A stretch of DNA of 64,000 nt, from assembly GCA_041661545.1 (NCBI GenBank), contig JBAZUH010000001.1, positions 83,877-147,876 on the forward strand. The letters are read 5' to 3'. Below are positions 1 to 8,201 of this stretch, in pieces. This stretch comes from Candidatus Staskawiczbacteria bacterium (GTDB taxonomy: Bacteria; Patescibacteriota; Minisyncoccia; Minisyncoccales; Staskawiczbacteraceae). The notes beneath the pieces were generated by a model, which was not told the origin of the DNA, did not search any database, and saw only the letters and a program-made list of their open reading frames with translations. Numbering within the stretch: position 1 is the stretch's first letter; each line of letters starts with the position of its first letter. Position numbers and translations under genes: made by a program.

Positions 1-84
1 CTCATTTTTTGGATTCTATAATTTATTCTTAATCCTTTCTCGAACCCAGAAGCCGAGCGAGACAGGCAAAATTAAATTTAAAAA

Positions 85-117
85 GCGGTGGGACGTTCGA
101 CGTCCCACCGCTTTTTT
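85..117 (+). terminator. Rho-independent terminator of an off-window upstream gene
   Basis: Hairpin gcggtgggacg/cgtcccaccgc followed by a T-run. Confidence 0.7.
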
Positions 118-145
118 GGTTGTTTGGCCGGTTACTTCAAAAGGA

Positions 146-174
146 TTGACAATAGGCTTATATTATGCTATAAT
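146..174 (+). promoter_or_regulatory. Consensus sigma70-type promoter of GC-rich cassette A
   Basis: TTGACA 146-151, 17-nt spacer, extended -10 TGcTATAAT 166-174. Confidence 0.75.
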
Positions 175-180
175 AAATAT

Positions 181-382
181 ATAGGATAAATTGACAGCAA
201 CTTGAAAACATAGCTAGTGAGTACAGTTTCTTGCGCCTCGCCTTGCGGGGCATAGAAAACTGTATTCACTACGAATTCAGTAAGCCATCTGTAGGCTTTG
301 ATTAGCTTAACGTCGACTCGCCGAAAGGCAATAAAGTTTTTATCGACGTTGGTTAAACAGAAAGACCAAACCATTAAATATC
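181..382 (+). ncRNA. Structured 5' leader RNA, copy A (unclassified family, homologous to 9427-9629)
   Basis: About 200 nt homologous to the second copy. Helices 217-230/255-269, 282-286/294-298 and 307-316/343-356 plus a GAAA-loop hairpin 320-329. Two helices covary between copies. Confidence 0.6.
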
Positions 383-634
383 GTGAAAACAGCAAAATTG
401 GAAACCGTGATCGCCGCCGGACCAGTTCCGGTAAAACAGAATCGCCGGCGTGCCTACGGCTGGCAATTTACGGTGACGGGACGTATTGTCACCGACTTCG
501 CGACGATCCGGGAAGGTGATGTTGTCCGTGCCCAATACTTGGGTGGAAACGGAATCCTGCAGGTGGAGCACCGGAAAGCTCTGGGCATCACAGCCGAGGA
601 CGGATACGACGTTTCGGTTCAGATTGTCGCCTGA
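383..634 (+). CDS. Orphan 83-aa protein (GTG start), GC-rich cargo ORF 1 of cassette A
   Basis: Open frame directly after the leader with coding-like codon pattern. No recognisable motif. Overlapping ORFs in other frames are expected from the high GC. Confidence 0.45.
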   Translation: MKTAKLETVIAAGPVPVKQNRRRAYGWQFTVTGRIVTDFATIREGDVVRAQYLGGNGILQVEHRKALGITAEDGYDVSVQIVA

Positions 635-786
635 ATTCAAATTTTCCGGCTTTTTGAAAATCCGGCTGGCTAAGCAGTAAACTTAGAAAGAGGGTTTCTT
701 GCAACCAGAATGCAAGATGACTTGGAGGCTTCAAAGTAACCTCCGACCAATTGAGCTCTTAAATTTATTTGAGGGTTCATAGGTTG
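635..786 (+). promoter_or_regulatory. 3' hairpin series ending in cassette-end module, copy 1
   Basis: Hairpins 646-665, 671-687, 698-718 and 724-745, then CCAAT-TTGAGCTCTTAAATTTATTTGAGGGTTCATAGGTTG (747-786). Confidence 0.55.
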
Positions 787-815
787 TAGCACATTTCAAA
801 AATTTAGAATAAAAT

Positions 816-964
816 CTTGTGGTGTATTTTGGAAATAAAAATTGTTTCTAAAATACACCGCAAGACAACTTGTTTTAATTTCGAAAGGGTTCCAAAATGG
901 AGCTCTTGGCACAAACGCGCCATAGAAATATCAAGATAAGTATTCCCTTGCGGTGTATTTCACC
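816..964 (+). promoter_or_regulatory. Putative translational switch upstream of cargo ORF 2
   Basis: CTTGYGGTGTATTT occurs at 816-830 and 947-960, with its complement at 850-864. The third copy ends 5 nt before the ATG. Confidence 0.4.
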
Positions 965-1354
965 ATGTTCACAAAAGAAAAAATGATGCAACTGATCGGC
1001 CACCTTAAGGCCGCCGGGGTGGCTCTGATGAGTCTACCAATTAATAATCCACTCCGCTGGAGTGGGCTGGCGGTCAACCCGTGGAACGTAACCTCGGGCT
1101 GCCCCGAGAACAACCCATTGATGGCGCTTTGCTCCGCAGCGGGATGGGACGAACAAAACTCTTCTCAAATGAAGTGGGACGATATTCGGGTTTCCCTCGA
1201 GCCTATCGATGTGAAAATCTGGGGTCCGGGGGGCGTTCGTTGCGCCACCGTGCAGGTAGTGCCACGTCGTGGTCGACTTGTCGCTCAATTCTTCGTCACC
1301 GAAGAAGAAGGAGAGGAACTTGTTGTTGGGTTCACCGCACAAGTTGGGGATTAG
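965..1354 (+). CDS. Orphan 129-aa protein, GC-rich cargo ORF 2 of cassette A
   Basis: ATG at 965 inside track ORF 953..1354. Acidic C-terminus, no recognisable motif. Confidence 0.45.
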   Translation: MFTKEKMMQLIGHLKAAGVALMSLPINNPLRWSGLAVNPWNVTSGCPENNPLMALCSAAGWDEQNSSQMKWDDIRVSLEPIDVKIWGPGGVRCATVQVVPRRGRLVAQFFVTEEEGEELVVGFTAQVGD

Positions 1355-1527
1355 CCTTGGAAATCCTCATGGGTTAAATAAACACCCATCGAAAAAAGTT
1401 CTAAACCAGGCGGTTTCTAATTTCCGCGGAAAAAAATTGGCGCGTGTCTCTTGAAGACATCCCTTGCCAGGAGCGTTATTACCTGGTCGTTGACCCTTCC
1501 TTTAAATAGGTCGTGGTCCTTTCATGA

Positions 1528-1603
1528 GGAGCGAGTAGAGTTCCATCTCTGCCGCTCCTCCAATCACTTGAGCTCTTAAATTTATTTGAGGGTTCATAGG
1601 TTG
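1528..1603 (+). repeat. Cassette-end module, copy 2
   Basis: Hairpin GGAGCG/CGCTCC 1528-1558, CCAAT, then a 36-nt block (1568-1603) identical to 751-786. Confidence 0.7.
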
Positions 1604-1610
1604 AAAGATT

Positions 1611-1636
1611 AAAAAACCCCCGAAAGGGGATTTTTT
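1611..1636. terminator. Bidirectional terminator (cassette A / recR)
   Basis: A-run, hairpin cccccgaaagggg, T-run. Confidence 0.75.
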
Positions 1637-1652
1637 GTTGTGCGACAGTTGT

Positions 1653-2276
1653 TTATTTTCGGCCTTCTAGGGCGGATTGTAGGGTTTCTTCGTCGGCGTA
1701 TTCTAACTCTCCGCCAACGGGAATTCCACGCGCTAAATGGGTGATTTTAAAGGTGGGCGAGGGGACGATTTCTTTAATAGCTTGTTCAACCAATACCGAT
1801 GTTGTTCTGCCTTCTGGAGTTGGGTTTAAGGCAATAATAATTTCTAAAAAATTATTTTGTGATAATTTTTTCTTGAGTTCGTTAATTCTTAATTGACTAG
1901 TTTCTTCTGGTCGCATGGTTGAAACTGTCCCACCTAAAATAAAATATAATCCATTATATTTTTTTGTATTTTCAAGCGACAATAAATCTGTTTCTTTTTC
2001 TACAATGCATAATAGGTTTTTGTTTCTTCGCGAATCTAAACAAATTGCACACAGTCCTGTGGTCCGGTCTACAGGACTATTTTCGAAGGGTTGAAAACAT
2101 TGCTGGCATAATTTAATTTTATTTTTTAATTCTAAAATTGCGTTAATAATTTCATCGGTTCTTTCTTTTGGTAATTTCATTAAATAGTAAACAAAACGGC
2201 CGGCTGTTCGTGATCCAACCGTTGGAAATCGTCGAAAGATTTCTATTAATTTTTCTACTGATGGAATTTGAGGCAT
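1653..2276 (-). CDS. recR: Recombination protein RecR
   Basis: N-terminal HhH-like GSRTAGR region, C4 zinc motif (CQQC...CAIC), Toprim-like C-terminus. Confidence 0.85.
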   Translation of the reverse strand: MPQIPSVEKLIEIFRRFPTVGSRTAGRFVYYLMKLPKERTDEIINAILELKNKIKLCQQCFQPFENSPVDRTTGLCAICLDSRRNKNLLCIVEKETDLLSLENTKKYNGLYFILGGTVSTMRPEETSQLRINELKKKLSQNNFLEIIIALNPTPEGRTTSVLVEQAIKEIVPSPTFKITHLARGIPVGGELEYADEETLQSALEGRK

Positions 2277-2295
2277 GTGTCTTTTTAAAAATATT

Positions 2296-2362
2296 TACCC
2301 AGTCAAATAAATTTCTTTGAAATTTAATTTTTATTTTTAATAAAAATTATTTGATAGGGTGA
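2296..2362. repeat. Palindromic intergenic element (family CACCCRGTNAAATA...TATTTNANNGGGT)
   Basis: Arms tacccagtcaaataa / ttatttgatagggtga. Homologous to 55976-56039, with arms like 36583-36638. Confidence 0.6.
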
Positions 2363-2398
2363 ATTAGTTTATCTACAGAATCCATAAAAATTGTAAAT

Positions 2399-3760
2399 TT
2401 ATCCGGCTTCGCCGGTTTCTGGCGTGTATTGATTTTTATCTAAATTTCTAAAGCTTACTCTGTGGTCATCAAAATATAAATCAACGTGGCCTACTGGTCC
2501 ATTTCTGTGTTTTTCTATCATAACTTTGGCTAAATTAGGATTTAGGCTGTTTTCATTATATTTATCTTCTCTATAAATCATAAGAACAACATCAGCGTCT
2601 TGTTCAATGGCTCCTGATTCTCTTAAGTCGGACAATTTTGGTATAGATGGGGTGCGTTGCTCAACTGCACGAGACAACTGTGAAAGAACTAAAACAGGAA
2701 TATTTAATTCTTTAGCCAACATTTTTAAAGCCCTAGAATTTTCTGTTACTTGTTGAACAGGTGAGGCAAATCTATTCATTGGTTCCATTAACTGCAAATA
2801 GTCTATAACTATTAAAGACAATCCTTTGGTTGCTTGCAACCTTCTGGCCATAGCCCTTATTTGTAAAATATTTACAGAGCCGGCGTCATCTATATATAAA
2901 GGTGAGTCTGATAAACTACCCATGGCGTGCTGTAATCTAGAATAATCATCTGAGGTTAGCCGGCCGTTTCTTAAATTCCACAAATTAATATTAGCTAAGC
3001 TAGCTAAAAGTCTATCTGCTAATTGATCTTTAGACATTTCAAGGCTAAAAAGTCCAACTGGTTTATTTTCTAAAACAGCTACGTTTCTAGCAATATCAAG
3101 AGCTAGCGATGTTTTTCCCATACTTGGTCTAGCGGCTAAAATTACTAAGTCAGATTTTTGCAAACCACCCAAAAATTTATCTAAATCAACAAATCCAGTT
3201 GGAACTCCGCGCATAGACCCGGCATTTTTTGATAATTCATCTAGTCTTTCAAAGGTGTCAGAAAGTATATCTTTAATTGGTAAAAATGTTTGAGTTAAAG
3301 ATCGTTGCCCAATATTAAAAACTGTTTTTTCAGCTTTATCTAGCAAAATATCAACTTCTTCTGATTCATCAAAGGCAGAAAGCCCAATTTCTTCGGAAGC
3401 TGAAATCAAATCACGTAAAATCTTTTTTTGTCTTACAATTTTTGCATAGTTATATACGTGGGTAGCAGTTGGAACAGTATTTATTAAAGATGTTAAATAT
3501 GAAGAACCTCCAATATCTTCTAATTTGTTTCTTTCTTTTAATCTAGATGAAACAGATAATATATCAATTGGCTCGGTTTTTTCATATAAATCAGCCATTG
3601 CTTGATAAATATCTTGGTGAATGCTCCTATAAAAATCTTCTGCTCTAATAAAATCAACCACTTTTACAATGGCATCTTTGTCTAACATCAAACAGCCCAA
3701 CAGCGATTGTTCTGCGTCATTATTTTGTGGGGGCAATTTATTTGTAGGCTCTTTAGACAT
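2399..3760 (-). CDS. dnaB: Replicative DNA helicase DnaB
   Basis: PPQNNDAEQSLLG N-terminus and Walker A GARPSMGKT. Confidence 0.95.
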   Translation of the reverse strand: MSKEPTNKLPPQNNDAEQSLLGCLMLDKDAIVKVVDFIRAEDFYRSIHQDIYQAMADLYEKTEPIDILSVSSRLKERNKLEDIGGSSYLTSLINTVPTATHVYNYAKIVRQKKILRDLISASEEIGLSAFDESEEVDILLDKAEKTVFNIGQRSLTQTFLPIKDILSDTFERLDELSKNAGSMRGVPTGFVDLDKFLGGLQKSDLVILAARPSMGKTSLALDIARNVAVLENKPVGLFSLEMSKDQLADRLLASLANINLWNLRNGRLTSDDYSRLQHAMGSLSDSPLYIDDAGSVNILQIRAMARRLQATKGLSLIVIDYLQLMEPMNRFASPVQQVTENSRALKMLAKELNIPVLVLSQLSRAVEQRTPSIPKLSDLRESGAIEQDADVVLMIYREDKYNENSLNPNLAKVMIEKHRNGPVGHVDLYFDDHRVSFRNLDKNQYTPETGEAG

Positions 3761-3810
3761 AATAATATATCTTATACATGCTCAAAATTAAAAGCAAGAG
3801 GATAATCTGT

Positions 3811-5220
3811 TTATAAACTTTTTATTATGGGACCGGCTTCTGAGTCTTGCACTACAAAGCCCTTTTTCTCAATTTGAAGCCTTACCTCATCAGCCTTTTG
3901 CCAGTCTTTGTTTTTTCTATGAAGGTCTCTTAATTTGGCTAGCTTTTTTACTTCTGGGGGAATAGCTTTATTTACTTTTTCAAAATTAATAAATCCAAAA
4001 ATTTTATTAATTTCTTGAAATAACTTATAAATATCAGAAGATTCTTTTTTAGAGATAGCGCCTTTTTCTAATAATATGTTTGTTTTGCTAACAAAATCAA
4101 ACATTACTGCAAAGGCTTTTGGTGTATTAAAATCATCTTCTAATTCTTTATAAAAATCTTCTTTAAATTTTTTAATTAATTTTATATTTTGCGTCGAACT
4201 TTTAACTTGCAACTTGCTACTTTTAACTTTTCGTAACATTTCTTCAACTTTATCAACTGCAGATTTTACCTCTATCATTGTAGATTCTGAATAATCAACT
4301 GGTGAACTCCATAAATTTTTAACAATAAAAAATCTTAAATAATTAACAGGGCATCTTTTTAACAGGTCATTAATTGTAATAAAGTTTCCTAAAGATTTGC
4401 CCATTTTTTGATTATTAACTGTTAAAAAGCCTGTATGCATCCAATATTTAACTAATGGAGATTTGCCAGAAACTGCTTCCATTTGAGCTATTTCTGCTTC
4501 GTGGTGAGGAAAAATTATATCTCTTGCTCCGCCGTGAATATCATATTGTGCTCCAAAAAACTTTTCTGTAATAGCAGTGTCTTCTATGTGCCAACCTGGT
4601 CGGCCGGCACCAAATGGAGCAGGCCAAACTGGTTCTGCATTATCAACAGTATGTGTTCCAGAAAATTTCCACAAGCAAAAGTCACCTCTATTTTTTTTAT
4701 CTTTACTATAATCAATTCTAGAAACAGAATCTTCGGCCTGCAAAGCAGTTCTTCCTGCCAATTTGCCATAATTTTTAAACTTGCTTATATCAAAATAAAT
4801 TCCATCGCCCGCAATTTCATAAGCATAATCTTTAACTTGCAACCTTTGCACCTGGCTAATTATTTCTTTTATATGGTTTGTGGCTCTGGCATATTTTGAA
4901 ACACTATTAACACTCAGAGCTTTCATATCTTTTAAATATTCTTTTTCAAAAGCCTCGGCTAAATCTTTTGGTGTAACACCTTTTTCTCTGGCACGGGCAA
5001 TTATTTTGTCATCTGTGTCGGTTATGTTTTGTAAATAAAAAACTGTAAAACCCTGAGCTCTTAAATATTTTACAAAAGCATCAAAAATAACGTATGTTCT
5101 TGCGTGCCCTATGTGCGAATAGTCATAAACAGTTGGCCCACAAACAAATAGATTAATTTTTTTACTTTTAATAGGTTTTACTATTTCTTTTTTGCCACTT
5201 AATGTATTATATATTTTCAT
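3811..5220 (-). CDS. cysS: Cysteinyl-tRNA synthetase
   Basis: HIGH-type motif (HIGHARTY) and KMSKS-type motif (KMGKS). Confidence 0.95.
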   Translation of the reverse strand: MKIYNTLSGKKEIVKPIKSKKINLFVCGPTVYDYSHIGHARTYVIFDAFVKYLRAQGFTVFYLQNITDTDDKIIARAREKGVTPKDLAEAFEKEYLKDMKALSVNSVSKYARATNHIKEIISQVQRLQVKDYAYEIAGDGIYFDISKFKNYGKLAGRTALQAEDSVSRIDYSKDKKNRGDFCLWKFSGTHTVDNAEPVWPAPFGAGRPGWHIEDTAITEKFFGAQYDIHGGARDIIFPHHEAEIAQMEAVSGKSPLVKYWMHTGFLTVNNQKMGKSLGNFITINDLLKRCPVNYLRFFIVKNLWSSPVDYSESTMIEVKSAVDKVEEMLRKVKSSKLQVKSSTQNIKLIKKFKEDFYKELEDDFNTPKAFAVMFDFVSKTNILLEKGAISKKESSDIYKLFQEINKIFGFINFEKVNKAIPPEVKKLAKLRDLHRKNKDWQKADEVRLQIEKKGFVVQDSEAGPIIKSL

Positions 5221-5851
5221 ATTTATTTTTTATAAATCCTTTAGTATTTAATTCTAATATTCTAACAAAAACACTTAAAACAGCAAAAAGTAGGGAAGTC
5301 CAAACAATGTTAACAAAAAATATATGGGGCTCATTGGGCCAAGCTATTAAAATGGCAACAAACACAAGTGACAATAAAAACATTTTAGTTTTCCCAAAAA
5401 TATTTGCCTTAACATCTGATTCTTTTGATTTATGAAATATAGATACTAAAGCTCCTAAAAGTTCTGCTAAAAGAAGTGATAAAAGCAGCCACTTGTGGTG
5501 TTCTATTAAGCTATAAATTGCAATTGGAAGAATTAAAATTCTGTCAGCAACTGGGTCTAGCATAGCTCCAAATTCTGTTACTTTGTTTAAGCCTCTGGCC
5601 ACAGAGCCATCAAACAAGTCGCTTATAGCTCCTATACAAAATAGAGAAACTATTAATAATTTATTTTCTATATTAAAAAAGAAAAGCAATATAAACAATG
5701 CCAAGCCGATGATTATTCTCATATATGATAGCTGGTTAGGGGAGATCTTTTTGGGCCACAAAGGTTTTATAAGAATAAAAAGCACTTGGTCGCGATATTG
5801 GTCTAATTTTTCTAAAAAAGTTCCAAATTTTGCTAAAAATTTTTGTACCAT
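5207..5851 (-). CDS. CDP-alcohol phosphatidyltransferase family protein
   Basis: Motif DLFDGSVAR...GAMLDPVADR. Multi-pass membrane protein. Confidence 0.8.
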   Translation of the reverse strand: MVQKFLAKFGTFLEKLDQYRDQVLFILIKPLWPKKISPNQLSYMRIIIGLALFILLFFFNIENKLLIVSLFCIGAISDLFDGSVARGLNKVTEFGAMLDPVADRILILPIAIYSLIEHHKWLLLSLLLAELLGALVSIFHKSKESDVKANIFGKTKMFLLSLVFVAILIAWPNEPHIFFVNIVWTSLLFAVLSVFVRILELNTKGFIKNKYENI

Positions 5852-5935
5852 AATATATATAATATGTATTCTGTATCATAGCAAATTATTTATGACTTGT
5901 TAAGAGGGTTCAGGTTATGATAAACTAAAAATAAC

Positions 5936-6478
5936 ATGACAGATTTATTACAGGTTTTTTTATTATCGATGACGCCGTTTGGCGAACTAAGATTATCTAT
6001 TCCCATAGGAATAGCGCTTTTCAATTTAAATGTTTTTTCAGTATTTTTGGTATCGGTTATAGGAAATTTAATACCAGCAACATTTTTATTGTTATTTTTG
6101 GAAAGAATTTCTAATTATTTGTCTCAAAAATCTGCTACTATTCATAAAATATTAACTTGGTGGTCTGAAAAAACAAAAAGTAAGCATTATGAAAAAGTTC
6201 AAAAATATGGAGTAGTTGGTTTAGCTCTTTTTGTTGGCATACCCGTGCCTTTTACTGGTGCATGGACAGGGGCTTTGTTGGCAACTATAATGAATTTGCC
6301 TTTAAAAAAGTCTTTGTTGGCTATATTAGCAGGAGTAATTGGTGCAGGCTTAATAGTTACAACAGCTGTTGTAACAGGCATAAGAATTGAAAAATACCTA
6401 GGCTGGCAAGCCCTTGTAGGATTATTATTAGTATTAATTTTTATTTTCATCTTCCGCAAATTCTTAACCAAAAAATAA
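5936..6478 (+). CDS. Small multi-pass membrane protein (small multidrug export-like family)
   Basis: FGELRLSIPIG motif and about 5 hydrophobic helices. Confidence 0.5.
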   Translation: MTDLLQVFLLSMTPFGELRLSIPIGIALFNLNVFSVFLVSVIGNLIPATFLLLFLERISNYLSQKSATIHKILTWWSEKTKSKHYEKVQKYGVVGLALFVGIPVPFTGAWTGALLATIMNLPLKKSLLAILAGVIGAGLIVTTAVVTGIRIEKYLGWQALVGLLLVLIFIFIFRKFLTKK

Positions 6479-6492
6479 TTTTATAAAAAATT

Positions 6493-8181
6493 ATGGAACA
6501 AGAAACACGTCAGTGCCAAACATGTAAAAAAGATTTTGAAACAAGGCCTGCGGATTTAACTTTTTATGAGCAGATAAAAGTTCCTTCACCAAAGCTCTGT
6601 CCACCTTGTCGCATGGAAAGACGTTTGGCTTTTAGAAATGAAAGAACCCTTTACCGTAGAACTTGTGATTTGTGTAAAAAAGAGGGCGTTTCTTTGTACC
6701 CAAACGGAACCCCTTTTCCAGTTTATTGCCATAAATGCTGGTGGAGTGATGGATGGGATCCTGTTTCTTTTGCTATGGATTGGGATAAATCCAGGCCATT
6801 TTTTGATCAGTTTTTAGAATTGAAAAATAAAGTACCGCGAATTGCTTTACTTGTTATAGACAGCATTAATAGCGATTACACAAATAACAGCGCTGAAAAT
6901 AAAAATTGTTATTTGCTTTTTGCGTCAGAAAATGATGAAGATTGCATCTATGGCAGGCTTATTCAGCGTTGCAAAACATCAGTTGATTGCACTTTTCTAT
7001 ATGACTCTGAACTTTGTTATGGGTGTACTGACTGCAAAAAATGTTTTAGGTGTATGTTCTCTGAGAGACTGCAAGATAGCATAGAGGTCCTTTTCTCTTT
7101 TGATATGCACAATTGCCAAAATTGTATTCTTTGCACCAATGGTCGCAATTTGAATTATTGTATTGAAAATAAACAATGCACTAAAGAAGAATTTGAAGCA
7201 AAAAAAGCAGAAATTTTTGTTAGTCACGATTCTATTGAAAAAGCCAAGGAAAGATATAGCGAATTACGGGCAAAAGCTGTTGTAAAATATGCTTCATCGA
7301 TAAAATGTAACGATGTTACTGGAGACTACATGTGGAACTGTCATGAAGGTGTGAACGTATTTGATTTTGGTAACTCAAAAAATTCATCTTATATTGCTGA
7401 TGGGGAAGATGCAATTGATTGTCACGACTGTAATAATCTTTATTTTAAGCCAGAGCGACTATATAACGTTATGGCAGCTTTGCAGAGTTCTAATTGCATT
7501 GTTGGAATTTATGATATGTATTGTAGTGAATCACAATATTTTGATAGTTGTTATAATTGCCAGAGTTGTTTTGGTTGTTGCGGATTAAATAAAAAAAAAT
7601 ATTATATTTTAAATAAAGAATATTCTAAAGAAAGATATCTTGAAATTAAAGAAGAAGTTGTAGCTCAAATGAAAAACGATGGCATATACGGAGAATTTTT
7701 TCCTGCGAAGCATTCACCATTTGGCCATAATGAAACATTAGCGCAAGAATATTTCCCAATTACTGAAAAAGAAGCTAAAGAAAAAGGTTTTAATTGGCAG
7801 AATCAAACCACAGGCACATATGGTAAGGAAACCATCAAAGAAGAAGACATGCCACAAACTATAGCAGAAGTTACAGGAGATATTGTAAATCAGGTTTTGG
7901 TTTGTAAAGATTGTAAAAAGAATTTTAGAATCACAAAAGCTGAATTTGATTTTTATAAAAGAATGAATCTTCCATTGCCACATAAAGATTTTGAGTGTCG
8001 GCACCAAGATAGAATGAAAAAGCGTAATCCGCGTAAGTTATGGCATAGATCATGTATGTGTGAACTAAAAAATCATGCCCACGGCGAAGAAAAATGCTCA
8101 AGTGAATTTGAAACATCTTATGCTCCAGGTAGACCAGAGATAGTTTATTGTGAGCAGTGCTATCAGCAAGAAGTATCTTAA
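6493..8181 (+). CDS. Poly-cysteine double zinc-ribbon protein, paralog 1
   Basis: N- and C-terminal CxxC..FY..CPxCR modules, CxxC-rich duplicated core, C-terminal YAPGRPEIVYCEQCYQQEV. Paralogous to 27454-32582. Confidence 0.8.
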   Translation: MEQETRQCQTCKKDFETRPADLTFYEQIKVPSPKLCPPCRMERRLAFRNERTLYRRTCDLCKKEGVSLYPNGTPFPVYCHKCWWSDGWDPVSFAMDWDKSRPFFDQFLELKNKVPRIALLVIDSINSDYTNNSAENKNCYLLFASENDEDCIYGRLIQRCKTSVDCTFLYDSELCYGCTDCKKCFRCMFSERLQDSIEVLFSFDMHNCQNCILCTNGRNLNYCIENKQCTKEEFEAKKAEIFVSHDSIEKAKERYSELRAKAVVKYASSIKCNDVTGDYMWNCHEGVNVFDFGNSKNSSYIADGEDAIDCHDCNNLYFKPERLYNVMAALQSSNCIVGIYDMYCSESQYFDSCYNCQSCFGCCGLNKKKYYILNKEYSKERYLEIKEEVVAQMKNDGIYGEFFPAKHSPFGHNETLAQEYFPITEKEAKEKGFNWQNQTTGTYGKETIKEEDMPQTIAEVTGDIVNQVLVCKDCKKNFRITKAEFDFYKRMNLPLPHKDFECRHQDRMKKRNPRKLWHRSCMCELKNHAHGEEKCSSEFETSYAPGRPEIVYCEQCYQQEVS

Positions 8182-8201
8182 AATAGTTTAAAATAAAAAA
8201 T

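Noticed and set aside
374-680. Multiple overlapping ORFs on both strands within the GC-rich cassettes (374..640 -, 298..519 +, 486..680 +; likewise 931-1454, 9549-9863, 15553-16032 and 62943-63583)
   Set aside because: High GC removes stop codons, so chance ORFs appear in all frames. I kept only the frame that starts right after each leader and shows a coding-like codon pattern, and even those calls carry moderate confidence.
751-776. Hairpin GAGCUCUUAAAUUUAUUUGAGGGUUC starts with GAGC and ends with GGUUC, like group II intron domain V
   Set aside because: It is too short, has no 2-nt bulge and no GNRA loop. There is no GUGYG 5' end, no domain VI with a bulged A, and no intron-encoded protein.
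724-790. Cassette-end modules as integron attC sites
   Set aside because: I found no RYYYAAC / GTTRRRY core pairs (GTTGTAG and GTTGAAA do not fit). There is no integron integrase or attI in the window.
1025-1032. CTGATGAG hammerhead-ribozyme core motif
   Set aside because: There is no nearby GAAA or stem II/III arrangement. The motif lies inside the cargo ORF and is most likely a chance 8-mer.
146-1638. GC-rich islands as known housekeeping RNAs (rRNA, RNase P RNA, tmRNA, SRP RNA) or as a retron, bridge RNA or omega RNA
   Set aside because: None of the conserved signature sequences that I checked by eye are present. There is no adjacent RT, IS110, TnpB or IscB-type gene.
4483-4899. Antisense or embedded ORFs inside well-supported genes (4483..4899, 6199..6471, 8687..8944, 17425..17916, 35646..35969, 36669..37013, 44763..45134, 57538..57846 and others)
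   Set aside because: Each lies opposite or inside a confidently identified gene, has low-complexity or hydrophobic composition typical of antisense AT-rich frames, and has no start context.
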